The notes below the pieces were generated by a model, which was not told the origin of the DNA, ran no database searches, and saw nothing but the letters and a program-made list of their open reading frames with translations. The position numbers and the translations under genes were made by a program. Positions 8,027 through 16,537 of a stretch of 64,000 bases of DNA are shown piece after piece. Origin of the DNA: Methanobacteriota archaeon (GTDB lineage: Archaea; Thermoplasmatota; Thermoplasmata; Methanomassiliicoccales; UBA472); assembly GCA_021372315.1 (NCBI GenBank), contig JAJFUT010000065.1:1508-65507 (forward strand), read 5' to 3'. Each line of letters opens with the position of its first letter. Positions within the stretch are counted from its first letter, which is position 1.

Positions 8027-10173
8027 GTCAATATGGACCTCATCTTCTCGATGTCGTATCCGAACGGAGACAGCAGCTCGCTCGCCGCCCTCCTCACGAG
8101 GTCCGCGTAACGCGCGTCGTCATACGCCTCGTCCCCGTCTAGGAACTTCGCCGGCTTCGCCCTCCTGCCGTCGGCCAGTACGACGTACTCGATCATCTCG
8201 CCCGGCGGGACGCTGAAGCCCGCGGACTTTAGTGCCTTCAGCGCGTCGAGCGACTCGCTGCGGCGGGGCGCGTACTCCTCGACATCCTTCGAGACCCGCC
8301 TCGTGACGATGAGCTTGCTCAATGGCACCGCCCCGGACCGGAGGGATGATATGTACGTCTCCGGCACCTCAAGGAACTCGGGGATGCGTTCCCTGAACTC
8401 GACGGAATCCTCGCATCGGGACATCCGGTCCAGCATCTCCTTCTGCATCTCCTTGACGAGCTCGGGCGTATCGCCTTTGCGGAAGGCTATGCCCCTCAGC
8501 TTCATCTCCCCGCTCTCGAACGCCCCGTAGTACCGGTTCAGAGCCCCGACGCCAGTCGTCACGTTCGGAAGGAACACTATCCACTTGTACCTCCCTTCGA
8601 GCGCCAGCGGGATCCCGATCCTCCTAGACACGTCGGAGCAGAACGCGGCCGCGTCCCCCTCCCCCTCGAGCCACAACGAGTCGACTATGCCGTGCAGGAT
8701 GCCGAACCCCCTCGCCTCCGCCATCTCCGACGTCTGCACCATGATCTCCCTCCCGTAGGCGTTGATCGCCTCGTGGCATTCGATCCTTCCGAACCTGGCG
8801 TTGCGATAGCCAGTATATCCGAAGCAGGTCACGAGCACCCACTTGAGGGCCTTGGCCATCTGCGAGTACGCCGCCGCCCTTCGCCCGCCCTCCTTCGCCA
8901 GCCGCTTCAGCGCGAGACGTCTTTTTATGATCGGCCTCAGGACGATCGGGAGGAGCCCTTCCCTCTTCTCGCATATCCTGTAGTCTATGCCTGGTGCTAT
9001 CCTCCTGGAGTCAGGGCAGCAGTCGCACTTCAGGGTCTCGGGTGATATGTTGTGCACGACCATGATGCTCGGGTATAGCGACGCGAAGTCCACCTCGGTC
9101 ACGCCGTCGTGAATCCCGACCTTCGGCTCGTAGATGAACCCGCCCCTGTCCGACACGAGGAGGTCCCCTGCGGTCTTGAAGTCCTCAGGTAGGTTCTTCT
9201 TCCAGAGGACCAGCGTTCCTTGGCGGAGCGCCTCGTTGACCTGCATGGAACTGATGGCGGTGCCCGGGGAGTTCCTAGACATCTCCTGCAGGGACATCTT
9301 AGAGAGGCGGCTCAGATCGATTATCCCGCTCAGCCCCGACTCGTCGTACATGAACGAGCCGGCCGAGTCGATGTGCACCCTCCCTCGCATCTTGTGGGCG
9401 GGGGCCTTGTACACGATGCGGCCGTACGTGAAGTAGCTCTTGCCCTTCGCCTGGCGGAGCCCGGCGTCCCGTCCCAGCTCGAGCTTCATCCCGTAGAGGG
9501 AGGCGCGGTGTGCCAGGTAGTCCATGTAGAACCCGTCCCCGCCGTCGCTCACGATGACGTCCGGGTCGGAGGAGCGGGCGCACTTGACCAGTCGATCCAG
9601 GACACCCGCCTCGTCCCCTTCGATCCTTTCTTCGCCGAGCGTCACGCCCGCTATCGGGTCCTCGAGCGTCGGTATGCGGTTCGCCGCCCTGACGTCAACC
9701 TTCAGCTCGCTGATCCTCAGGTCGGGGAGGGGGTAGTCCAGACGCCACGGGGTGTCCAGATGCCGGTACCGTCCGTCGTACTCCAGCAGCCCCATCGGGA
9801 AGAGCCCGTGGGACATGTAGTATCGGAGGTCCATGCGCAGGTCGACGTTGAAGAGCTTATAGTCCCTGTAGAGGCCCCAGCGGTCGATGCTGCGGGCCAT
9901 TGTCATCAGCTCGTGGTACGACGGAGGCACTATGCGAAGCACCTTCCTCTCCTTCTCCCCGAGCCACGTCCTCCTTCTCTCCTCGGTGCTTTCGATGCCG
10001 GCGATCCGCAGGGCGGACCTGAGGTCGTCCTCCTTGTCCCTCGGGGCCCATGCGTAGAACGCGGGCCTGAAGTTCCTCTCGACGATGCGCTCGGTGCCGG
10101 ACCTCGTCCTCAGCCAGATGACCATCGAGTCGTCGGTGTTGTCCGGGTAGCAGTCAATGATCCAGCCCCTCAT
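8023..10173 (-). CDS. family-B DNA polymerase homolog with degenerate exonuclease and polymerase motifs (PolB2-like, probably inactivated or weakly active)
   Basis: Pol motif A is intact (VDFASLYPSIM). Motif C reads HGIVDS instead of YGDTDS. Motif B is degenerate (KWVLVTCFGY). Exo I/II positions are ISE and DGFYMDYL instead of DIE and NFDFPYL. The ATG at 10173 (MRGWIIDCYPD) is preferred over the ORF start at 10299. Confidence 0.85.
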   Translation of the reverse strand: MRGWIIDCYPDNTDDSMVIWLRTRSGTERIVERNFRPAFYAWAPRDKEDDLRSALRIAGIESTEERRRTWLGEKERKVLRIVPPSYHELMTMARSIDRWGLYRDYKLFNVDLRMDLRYYMSHGLFPMGLLEYDGRYRHLDTPWRLDYPLPDLRISELKVDVRAANRIPTLEDPIAGVTLGEERIEGDEAGVLDRLVKCARSSDPDVIVSDGGDGFYMDYLAHRASLYGMKLELGRDAGLRQAKGKSYFTYGRIVYKAPAHKMRGRVHIDSAGSFMYDESGLSGIIDLSRLSKMSLQEMSRNSPGTAISSMQVNEALRQGTLVLWKKNLPEDFKTAGDLLVSDRGGFIYEPKVGIHDGVTEVDFASLYPSIMVVHNISPETLKCDCCPDSRRIAPGIDYRICEKREGLLPIVLRPIIKRRLALKRLAKEGGRRAAAYSQMAKALKWVLVTCFGYTGYRNARFGRIECHEAINAYGREIMVQTSEMAEARGFGILHGIVDSLWLEGEGDAAAFCSDVSRRIGIPLALEGRYKWIVFLPNVTTGVGALNRYYGAFESGEMKLRGIAFRKGDTPELVKEMQKEMLDRMSRCEDSVEFRERIPEFLEVPETYISSLRSGAVPLSKLIVTRRVSKDVEEYAPRRSESLDALKALKSAGFSVPPGEMIEYVVLADGRRAKPAKFLDGDEAYDDARYADLVRRAASELLSPFGYDIEKMRSILT

Positions 10174-10414
10174 GGGAAGCAGCCTTCCTGAGCGCGGCCA
10201 GCTCCTTTTCCTGCTCGAGAAGCATCGACAGGACCGCCCCCTCGAAGGGATCGTTGAACATGGCGTACGTCGAGGCGGACGCGTGCATCCTGATCCCATT
10301 CACCATGTGGTCGAACATATCCCTATCTTCCTTCGGGAGCGCCCGCCTGAAATCGTTCCAGCTCTGTATCATCGACTCGGCGGTGTTCCTGTACGTCGGG
10401 ACGGTCCTACCCAT
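10154..10414 (-). CDS. 86-aa helical protein of unknown function, translationally coupled between the RadB-like and PolB-like genes
   Basis: The ATG overlaps the RadB-like stop by 8 nt. Its own 3' end overlaps the PolB-like start by 20 nt. No recognisable motif. Confidence 0.5.
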   Translation of the reverse strand: MGRTVPTYRNTAESMIQSWNDFRRALPKEDRDMFDHMVNGIRMHASASTYAMFNDPFEGAVLSMLLEQEKELAALRKAASHEGLDH

Positions 10415-11135
10415 CGATCTCCCTCCAGTACTCGTCGAGGGTCGTCTGGTTCCGGGGCACTGGACGATAGAGCATGCCGACGCCCTCCCTCGGGAGGGTC
10501 AGCTTCACGGCCGGCCCCTTTCCCTCGATGCGCACCACGCGGTCAGCGCTGTCGTAGAGCAGCGGTTTCAGCCCTTTCCTGTAGACCATCTTCGACATGC
10601 CGTAGTTCGTCACCACGGTGATGAGCCCGTTCTCGTTCGTAAGCTGGCGGAGCCGGTCCATCGCCCGCTTCATCAGCTGCAGGGACTCGGCCCAGTTCAT
10701 GTCCGCGTCCTGGAAAAGGTCGGGGAAGCAGGATATGACGACCAGCCCCGTCCCTATGCGCCTCACCTCGGGGTCCAGCATGTCCTCGATCAGCGTGGAC
10801 ATCTGGTACGCCGTGAAGGCCCTCGAGACGGTGATGTTGTGCAGCACCTCCTCAGGGTTCATGCGGTGGCGCTTGCAGATGGCGCTCAGGTCGTAGGGGT
10901 TGACGGAGTTCCCGCCGTCTATCCAGAGCACCTGCTCGTGCATCTCCGCGACGGCGTTGAAGCAGTAGAGGTTGACGAGCTCGAAGACCATGCGGTCGGA
11001 GCTGTCTATGAGTGTCACGGTGCCCGGAGCGAGGCCCCCCAGCATCGCGTCCACCGGCGGAAGTGACGTCCCTAGGGAGCGGCAGCGCTCCATCGCCCCC
11101 GCTATGGCGTCGCGGGTATGGCTCTCCGTTTCCAT
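10407..11135 (-). CDS. RadB/RecA-fold protein lacking Walker A and Walker B (inactivated RadB paralog)
   Basis: Shows RadB-like segments: VDAMLGGLAPGTVTLI, VLWIDGGNSVNPYDL and RMNPEEVLHNITVSRAF. The P-loop position reads DSSDRMVF instead of GxxGxGKT. The Walker B position reads VVISC instead of hhhhD. The ATG at 11135 is preferred because a TATA-like box lies at 11179-11186. The ORF is open to 11225. Confidence 0.65.
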   Translation of the reverse strand: METESHTRDAIAGAMERCRSLGTSLPPVDAMLGGLAPGTVTLIDSSDRMVFELVNLYCFNAVAEMHEQVLWIDGGNSVNPYDLSAICKRHRMNPEEVLHNITVSRAFTAYQMSTLIEDMLDPEVRRIGTGLVVISCFPDLFQDADMNWAESLQLMKRAMDRLRQLTNENGLITVVTNYGMSKMVYRKGLKPLLYDSADRVVRIEGKGPAVKLTLPREGVGMLYRPVPRNQTTLDEYWREIDG

Positions 11136-11178
11136 GTATGTGAATTCCACGGCCTCACCGCGCATGTCTCGGCTTGTC

Positions 11179-11186
11179 GATATAAA
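11179..11186 (-). promoter_or_regulatory. putative TATA box for the RadB-like/PolB-like operon
   Basis: TTTATATC on the minus strand, about 45 nt upstream of the ATG at 11135. Confidence 0.35.
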
Positions 11187-11252
11187 GCGGTGAAGGTGAG
11201 GGGTTGCCGAAAGTGGGCCAGGCATCGGCCAGTATGTGCGTCTCTTGATAAC

Positions 11253-11263
11253 TTTTGTATATC
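11253..11263 (+). promoter_or_regulatory. putative TATA box for the beta-CASP nuclease gene (near-leaderless)
   Basis: TTTTGTATATC centred ~28 nt upstream of the ATG at 11286. Confidence 0.3.
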
Positions 11264-11285
11264 TGCCGAACGATAGGCGAGTTCC

Positions 11286-12311
11286 ATGGAAGGGGATGCG
11301 CTCACCGTCAGGATCGGCAACGGGATCGAGGTGACGGGAGAGAACTTAGGATGTCACCTTGACCCGAGGAGCCTGTCGTCAAAGGACATGCTCCCCAACG
11401 GCGTCTTCTGCACGTCCCACGCGCATTCGGACCACATCCCTACGAAGTACGAGAGGAAGGGCGAGAACCGCGTCATGAGCACGGAGTTCACGAGGCGCTT
11501 CATCTCCGAGGTCAAGGGCAAGGAGCTCCTTCCGCAGGAGCATCCGAACGTCACGATGCACAATGCCGGGCACGTCACTGGATCGGTCATGTTCGAGATC
11601 GACGTCGGCAAGAAGGTCCTCTACACCGGGGACTTCTGCACGAGGGACAGGTTCAGGATCGAAGGGGCGAGACCCCGCAAGGTCGACTATCTGATCATGG
11701 AGTCCACGTACGGTCGGCCCGAGTACGTCTTCCCCCCGACGGAGGGGATGCTCAAGGTCATGAAGGACTGGATCGAGGACAGCCTCGCGCAGAACTTTTC
11801 CGTCGTCCTTTTCACGTCATCCAACCTCGGAAAGACGCACGAGCTCATCCACGCGCTGAAGGACTTCGGTCCGCACGTGCACGGAACGATATCGGGGACG
11901 AGCCGCATCCTTCAGAAGTGCGGGCTGGAACTAGATTACCTGGAGGACGACCACTGCGGCTCCGACGACCCCTTCGTCCTCATCGGAGCTAACAACCAGC
12001 GCGCCATGGCGGACATAATGCAGAGCCATAAGGGCGTCAGGCGGATGCGCAAGGCGTCCGTGACCGGATGGGTGGTCGGGACGCGCGACGTCGGCAGGAG
12101 CAGGAGGTACGGGATGGACGAGGCGTTCGCGATATCGGACCATTCGGACTACAACGAGCTCCTCGAGTTCGTGAGGAAGTGCTCGCCGGAAAAGGTGTTC
12201 TTGGAGCACGGCTACTCGGTCGAGATGGCTGAGAGCATAAGGCGGGAGCTAGGCATCGAGGCCTGCCCCGTTCCTAACCCGAAGGGGCAGCAGTCCCTGA
12301 TGAACTACTGA
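11286..12311 (+). CDS. small metallo-beta-lactamase / beta-CASP nuclease (SNM1/Artemis- or CPSF-like, ~340 aa)
   Basis: MBL motifs SHAHSDH, NAGHVTGS and YTGDF. beta-CASP motifs ESTYG, ISDHSD and LEHG. Confidence 0.8.
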   Translation: MEGDALTVRIGNGIEVTGENLGCHLDPRSLSSKDMLPNGVFCTSHAHSDHIPTKYERKGENRVMSTEFTRRFISEVKGKELLPQEHPNVTMHNAGHVTGSVMFEIDVGKKVLYTGDFCTRDRFRIEGARPRKVDYLIMESTYGRPEYVFPPTEGMLKVMKDWIEDSLAQNFSVVLFTSSNLGKTHELIHALKDFGPHVHGTISGTSRILQKCGLELDYLEDDHCGSDDPFVLIGANNQRAMADIMQSHKGVRRMRKASVTGWVVGTRDVGRSRRYGMDEAFAISDHSDYNELLEFVRKCSPEKVFLEHGYSVEMAESIRRELGIEACPVPNPKGQQSLMNY

Positions 12312-13279
12312 GGTACCTCTTCCTTGCCCCACACGGTCGGGTAGACGCCGGTGGACATCAGTACCCTATCGGTCCTGACGACGAGGCCCTCGTCGGCCTT
12401 GAAGATGTCCTGCGCGCCCATCAACGTGACGCCCAGCGCCACGCACTCCCCCTTCTGCGTCATCAATGCGACGAGCGCGCCCTTCGTGACGTTCTCGTCC
12501 AAGCTGATGACGCCCGGGGCGGCGAGGGCGGCCCCGTGACAGACCGCGTCGACGGCCCCGTCCTTGACGACGATCTTCGGGAGAGGGTCGAGAAGCACCT
12601 CCATCGGCTTGATCATGCTCCGCAGCCATTCCCTGTCGGAACCGTCCTTCCACATGACGAAGGCGTCCTTCAGGTCCTGTATCTTGACGGAATCGGCCTC
12701 ATTCATGCTGCCGGACCTGGTCCTCCTGAGGGCCTCCATGTTCGCCCCGCAGCCCAACGCGTCGCCTATATCGACGCAGAGCGTCCTGATGTAGGTGCCC
12801 GCGTCGCAATGGACCCTGAACAGTGCGTTCCTGCCCTCTATCTCGAGAATATTGATGTCATGCACCCTGCGCACGCGCATCTGCCTCTTCACGGCCGCGC
12901 GGACCGGAGGGGTCTGATAGATGTCGCCCACGAACGTCTTGATGACGTCCTCGACCTTCTGCCGCGGCCTGTCGCGGTGCAATTTCATGTGACAGACATA
13001 TTCCTTGTCCGAGCGCAGGACGAGGTCCGTGAGCCTCGTGGCCTTGCCCAACGCGATCGGAAGGACGCCGCTGACCTGCGGGTCCAACGTGCCGCCGTGC
13101 CCTATCTTCTTGACCATGAGGATGTCCTTGACCCAGGCGGTGACCTGATGTGATGTCGGCCCCTGCACTTTGTCGAGGTTGATCACGCCTGCGATCATAA
13201 GCTCCTCGACCGTGCGGTCCTCGGGGCGCTTGCCCCTCCCCATCGACCGAGGGGTCTTATCCTTCATCAGTTGGGACAT
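12305..13279 (-). CDS. cbf5: tRNA/rRNA pseudouridine synthase Cbf5 (H/ACA RNP catalytic subunit) with PUA domain
   Basis: TruB-family catalytic region (GHGGTLDPQVSGVLPI) plus a C-terminal PUA-like domain. Sits in the conserved position after cmk. The start is ambiguous (13279, 13267 or 13243). Confidence 0.9.
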   Translation of the reverse strand: MSQLMKDKTPRSMGRGKRPEDRTVEELMIAGVINLDKVQGPTSHQVTAWVKDILMVKKIGHGGTLDPQVSGVLPIALGKATRLTDLVLRSDKEYVCHMKLHRDRPRQKVEDVIKTFVGDIYQTPPVRAAVKRQMRVRRVHDINILEIEGRNALFRVHCDAGTYIRTLCVDIGDALGCGANMEALRRTRSGSMNEADSVKIQDLKDAFVMWKDGSDREWLRSMIKPMEVLLDPLPKIVVKDGAVDAVCHGAALAAPGVISLDENVTKGALVALMTQKGECVALGVTLMGAQDIFKADEGLVVRTDRVLMSTGVYPTVWGKEEVPQ

Positions 13280-13808
13280 CTGCCTTACTCACCGCCTCTA
13301 TGATGCGCTCGACGACCTCATCGGGCGTGAGCGCGCCCGTGTCTATGACGAGGTCATAGATGCTCTTGTCCCTAATATCGATGCCGTAGAAACGCTTGTA
13401 ACGGACGGCCTCGCAGTCCTCGCGCTCCAGCATATCAGCCTTCGCCTTCTCCCTGTCCTCGCCCTCCCTCTCGACGACGCGGCCGACCCTGATGTCGGGG
13501 GACGCATCGAGGTAGACGCGGTACGCCGGTATGGAGTTCTCAGTGAGCATGTGCGCGACCAATCTGCCTTCCAACACGATGTCCTTGCTATGTCTGGCGA
13601 TGTCGACCATCCTCTGGTCGAGCATCTTGTCGTACTTGGGGTCCGATTCGGCCAGGCGTCCGAAGTCGGACAGAGAAAGACCATGTTCAACGGCCATCTG
13701 CCTGAACATCCTCCCCGACACGACGCATTCGACGCCGAGACGTTGAGATAGGAGCGTACATGTGGTGGTCTTGCCAGAGCCGATGGGTCCGCTGATGGTG
13801 ATCCTCAT
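13257..13808 (-). CDS. cmk: cytidylate kinase (archaeal type)
   Basis: P-loop ISGPIGSGKTT, ~180 aa. YGIDIRDKSIYDLVIDT is typical of archaeal Cmk. Conserved position downstream of secY. Confidence 0.8.
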   Translation of the reverse strand: MRITISGPIGSGKTTTCTLLSQRLGVECVVSGRMFRQMAVEHGLSLSDFGRLAESDPKYDKMLDQRMVDIARHSKDIVLEGRLVAHMLTENSIPAYRVYLDASPDIRVGRVVEREGEDREKAKADMLEREDCEAVRYKRFYGIDIRDKSIYDLVIDTGALTPDEVVERIIEAVSKADVPTDEG

Positions 13809-14479
13809 TTGCCTTGCGCCGCCAGCTCCCTCAAGCGCTTACTGAACGAGAAATACCTCATCGTCCTGGCAAGTACTTGTCCGAACGGGATCGTAACGCA
13901 CGAGTAGACCAGGATCCACGACGGAAGGAGATAGGAATCCTCGAAGTTGGCCGAGCTCGACCACGGGACCGCGAACAGCGGATTCTCCAAATCCCCCACG
14001 AAGACCGCCAGCCAGGCGAATATCGGGATGATGATCAGCATGCTGACCGGCATGAGCTTGAACTGGCTCTTCGTCTGCTCCATCGACTTTTCCATGATCT
14101 TCGGCTGCAGCTCTAGCAGCTTCTTGATCTTGTACATGTTGTTCTCTTTGCGAGCCGTGCGCAGTTCCTTGTTGTATGCCCCGACGATCTTCTGGCTCTC
14201 GGCCTGCTTCACGAAGTTCGTGAAGAGCGGGCGCAGAAGGGTCGTCAGTCCGGTCATGAACAGACCGGCCATGACCAGGGTCAGTATGGGGTATTGGTTG
14301 TCAAACCCGATTATGGGATTGAAGGCGAGCCCGCACAACTCGCCCAATGCAGACCTCAGGTTCTGGTCCAGTAGTATGATCATCGCCAGACCCAACATGA
14401 ATATGGTCATGAAGGTCGAGCTGGTCGGTTTCTGGGGTGTCGGCACCTGAGGTGCCGGGGATGTTGCCTTATCTGCCAT
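13805..14479 (-). CDS. DUF106 / EMC3-Oxa1-superfamily membrane protein (archaeal YidC-like insertase)
   Basis: 224 aa. TM helices flank a lysine-rich coiled-coil loop (KELRTARKENNMYKIKKLLELQPKIME). Conserved position directly after secY. Confidence 0.75.
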   Translation of the reverse strand: MADKATSPAPQVPTPQKPTSSTFMTIFMLGLAMIILLDQNLRSALGELCGLAFNPIIGFDNQYPILTLVMAGLFMTGLTTLLRPLFTNFVKQAESQKIVGAYNKELRTARKENNMYKIKKLLELQPKIMEKSMEQTKSQFKLMPVSMLIIIPIFAWLAVFVGDLENPLFAVPWSSSANFEDSYLLPSWILVYSCVTIPFGQVLARTMRYFSFSKRLRELAAQGK

Positions 14480-14482
14480 CTA

Positions 14483-16069
14483 TCAATCGCCTCCGAAGAA
14501 GCCGCGCAGCACCGGGTGCATCTCCATCATCTGTTCGCGGCCTATCGCCTCGTAAAGATGGATCATTATACCCACGGCTAGCAGCACACCTGTTCCTGAC
14601 GCGTTACCTACGGTCCCTACCAGGTCCGCTCCTGCTGCGAGCGCCCCCACGGTGAAACCGCTGATGACCGTGACGATCGGGATGTACCTCTCGAGCACGC
14701 GCTTGAGCACCCGCGGGTCACGCCTGAACCCTGGGATCTGCAGTCCTGAGGACTCGATCTGCCTCGCCACCTGCTCCGGTCCCATGTTCGTGGTCATGAT
14801 CCAGAACTTGGCGAACAGCACGGAACCTATGACCATCACGCCGAAGTAGACAAGCACGCGCACCATTATCTGCAGCCCGGTATGGTCCGTGGCCAGATAT
14901 CCGTACGAGTCCGAGTTGATCATCGGCAGGAGCCAGCTGTACAGACCTTGCGGTGCTGAAAGATACCATGCCATGCCGGCCTCCGGAGAGGTCGACCCTT
15001 CAGGGAAGTATCCCAGCATCCAGTTGCCCCCGAGCAACGGTATTCCGGACAACGTTTTGTTGCTATACAGCAGCAGCGTCACCATCTGAACGTTCGCGAG
15101 CAATGCGGCCATCAGGATGACCGGGATGTTGGACGCGTAGATGAGCTTGATCGGGTATCTGCCCCTTGCGCCCCTGGCCGTGCCATGGGCCAATGGTAGC
15201 TCGATCCTCACCGACTCGATCCAAGCCACGAACATGAATATCGCTATCGTTCCGACAAGCGCCACGATCGGGTTGGGCGGCTGGAACAGTATCTGTTCGT
15301 AACCTCCGGTCACAAGGCCGGAGGACGAAGTGTTTTGGATGATGTAAAGGGTTTTAGGTATCGCCCCTGCGGGAAGATTGCTGGAGCTGATCGCCGCCGA
15401 AGAGTCCGTGCCCTCCCAGTTAATGGTACCGGTCACGAGCGCCTGTGCGACACCGGCCGCGATGAAGAGAGATATTCCGCTCCCTATCCCCCACTTCGAA
15501 ACCACTTCGTCCATGAGGAACACTATGTACGAGCCTATGAACAGCTGAGCGATGATTATGAGCCTCGCGGCCGCCAGGCCGTCGAACCAACCATCGCCGC
15601 CGAACACTCCGTCCATCCCGTTGATGAACGTCGTTGAAGGCTCGAGGTAGCCGAACACCTGCGGCACCGCCTCGACTATGATCATCACTATGACCAGGAA
15701 CTTCTGTGTGCTCTGGTATACAGCCTTGTCATCCTTGTTCGTCAGGTCCAGCTTGATGATCTGTGCCCCGACGAAGAGCTGCATGATGATCGAAGCCGTC
15801 ACTATCGGACCTATGCCCAATTGCATCAGCGAGCCTGACGCACCGGCCAGGATGGCACGGTACTGGGCGAACATGTCTACGGTCGCGCTCTGGTCGAGAC
15901 CATACAGATACACGTTGGTCATCACGAAATACAGTACTAGTATTACGATGACCCATAGCATCTTGGTCCTAAAGTGGACATGGCCATCCGGCTTTTTCAC
16001 GGCCGGGAGCCTGTCGGTTAACGGTTTCAGCTTATACAGCCGGCTCCTTCTCTCTTCCGCCATCTCCAT
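14483..16069 (-). CDS. secY: preprotein translocase subunit SecY
   Basis: 528 aa, about 10 TM segments, SecY-like throughout. Conserved position after rpl15. Confidence 0.95.
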   Translation of the reverse strand: MEMAEERRSRLYKLKPLTDRLPAVKKPDGHVHFRTKMLWVIVILVLYFVMTNVYLYGLDQSATVDMFAQYRAILAGASGSLMQLGIGPIVTASIIMQLFVGAQIIKLDLTNKDDKAVYQSTQKFLVIVMIIVEAVPQVFGYLEPSTTFINGMDGVFGGDGWFDGLAAARLIIIAQLFIGSYIVFLMDEVVSKWGIGSGISLFIAAGVAQALVTGTINWEGTDSSAAISSSNLPAGAIPKTLYIIQNTSSSGLVTGGYEQILFQPPNPIVALVGTIAIFMFVAWIESVRIELPLAHGTARGARGRYPIKLIYASNIPVILMAALLANVQMVTLLLYSNKTLSGIPLLGGNWMLGYFPEGSTSPEAGMAWYLSAPQGLYSWLLPMINSDSYGYLATDHTGLQIMVRVLVYFGVMVIGSVLFAKFWIMTTNMGPEQVARQIESSGLQIPGFRRDPRVLKRVLERYIPIVTVISGFTVGALAAGADLVGTVGNASGTGVLLAVGIMIHLYEAIGREQMMEMHPVLRGFFGGD

Positions 16070-16086
16070 CCCCTAGCAGTTCCGAA

Positions 16087-16524
16087 TTACTGTGGCTGGA
16101 GGATATGTCCGCCGGATTCTTCAACCTTCTGCTTCGCAGTCTCGGTGCAATCTGCTACCAGGACCTCCACGGCGACCGTGATCTTCCCGGAACCCAGGAG
16201 CTTGTCCACGCCCATCTTGACGAGATCGACCTTGATGGCCTTCCCTTCCTTGACAGCGTAACCGTCCTTCATCATGGTTTCAAGGTTCTCTTGAAGGTCG
16301 CTCACGTTCATCGTGATCTTCGCGGAGACCATCTTCTGTGGGCGCTTGAACCCGTGGCGGCCGAAGTGGTCTGGCATGTACTTCAGCATGTGCATGGCCT
16401 TGTGCTTGTGCAGACCTGCGTTACCCACACCTCCATGCTTGCCTCCTCCACGCCCGCTCTTCTTGCCGCGTCCGTGGGTCCTTGAGCCTCTGAACTTATC
16501 GGTCTTGCTAACCATTATTTTCAC
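16087..16524 (-). CDS. rpl15: 50S ribosomal protein uL15
   Basis: N-terminus SRTHGRGKKSGRGGGKHGGVGNAG, and operon position. Confidence 0.9.
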   Translation of the reverse strand: MKIMVSKTDKFRGSRTHGRGKKSGRGGGKHGGVGNAGLHKHKAMHMLKYMPDHFGRHGFKRPQKMVSAKITMNVSDLQENLETMMKDGYAVKEGKAIKVDLVKMGVDKLLGSGKITVAVEVLVADCTETAKQKVEESGGHILQPQ

Positions 16525-16537
16525 CCATCCTTCAGTT

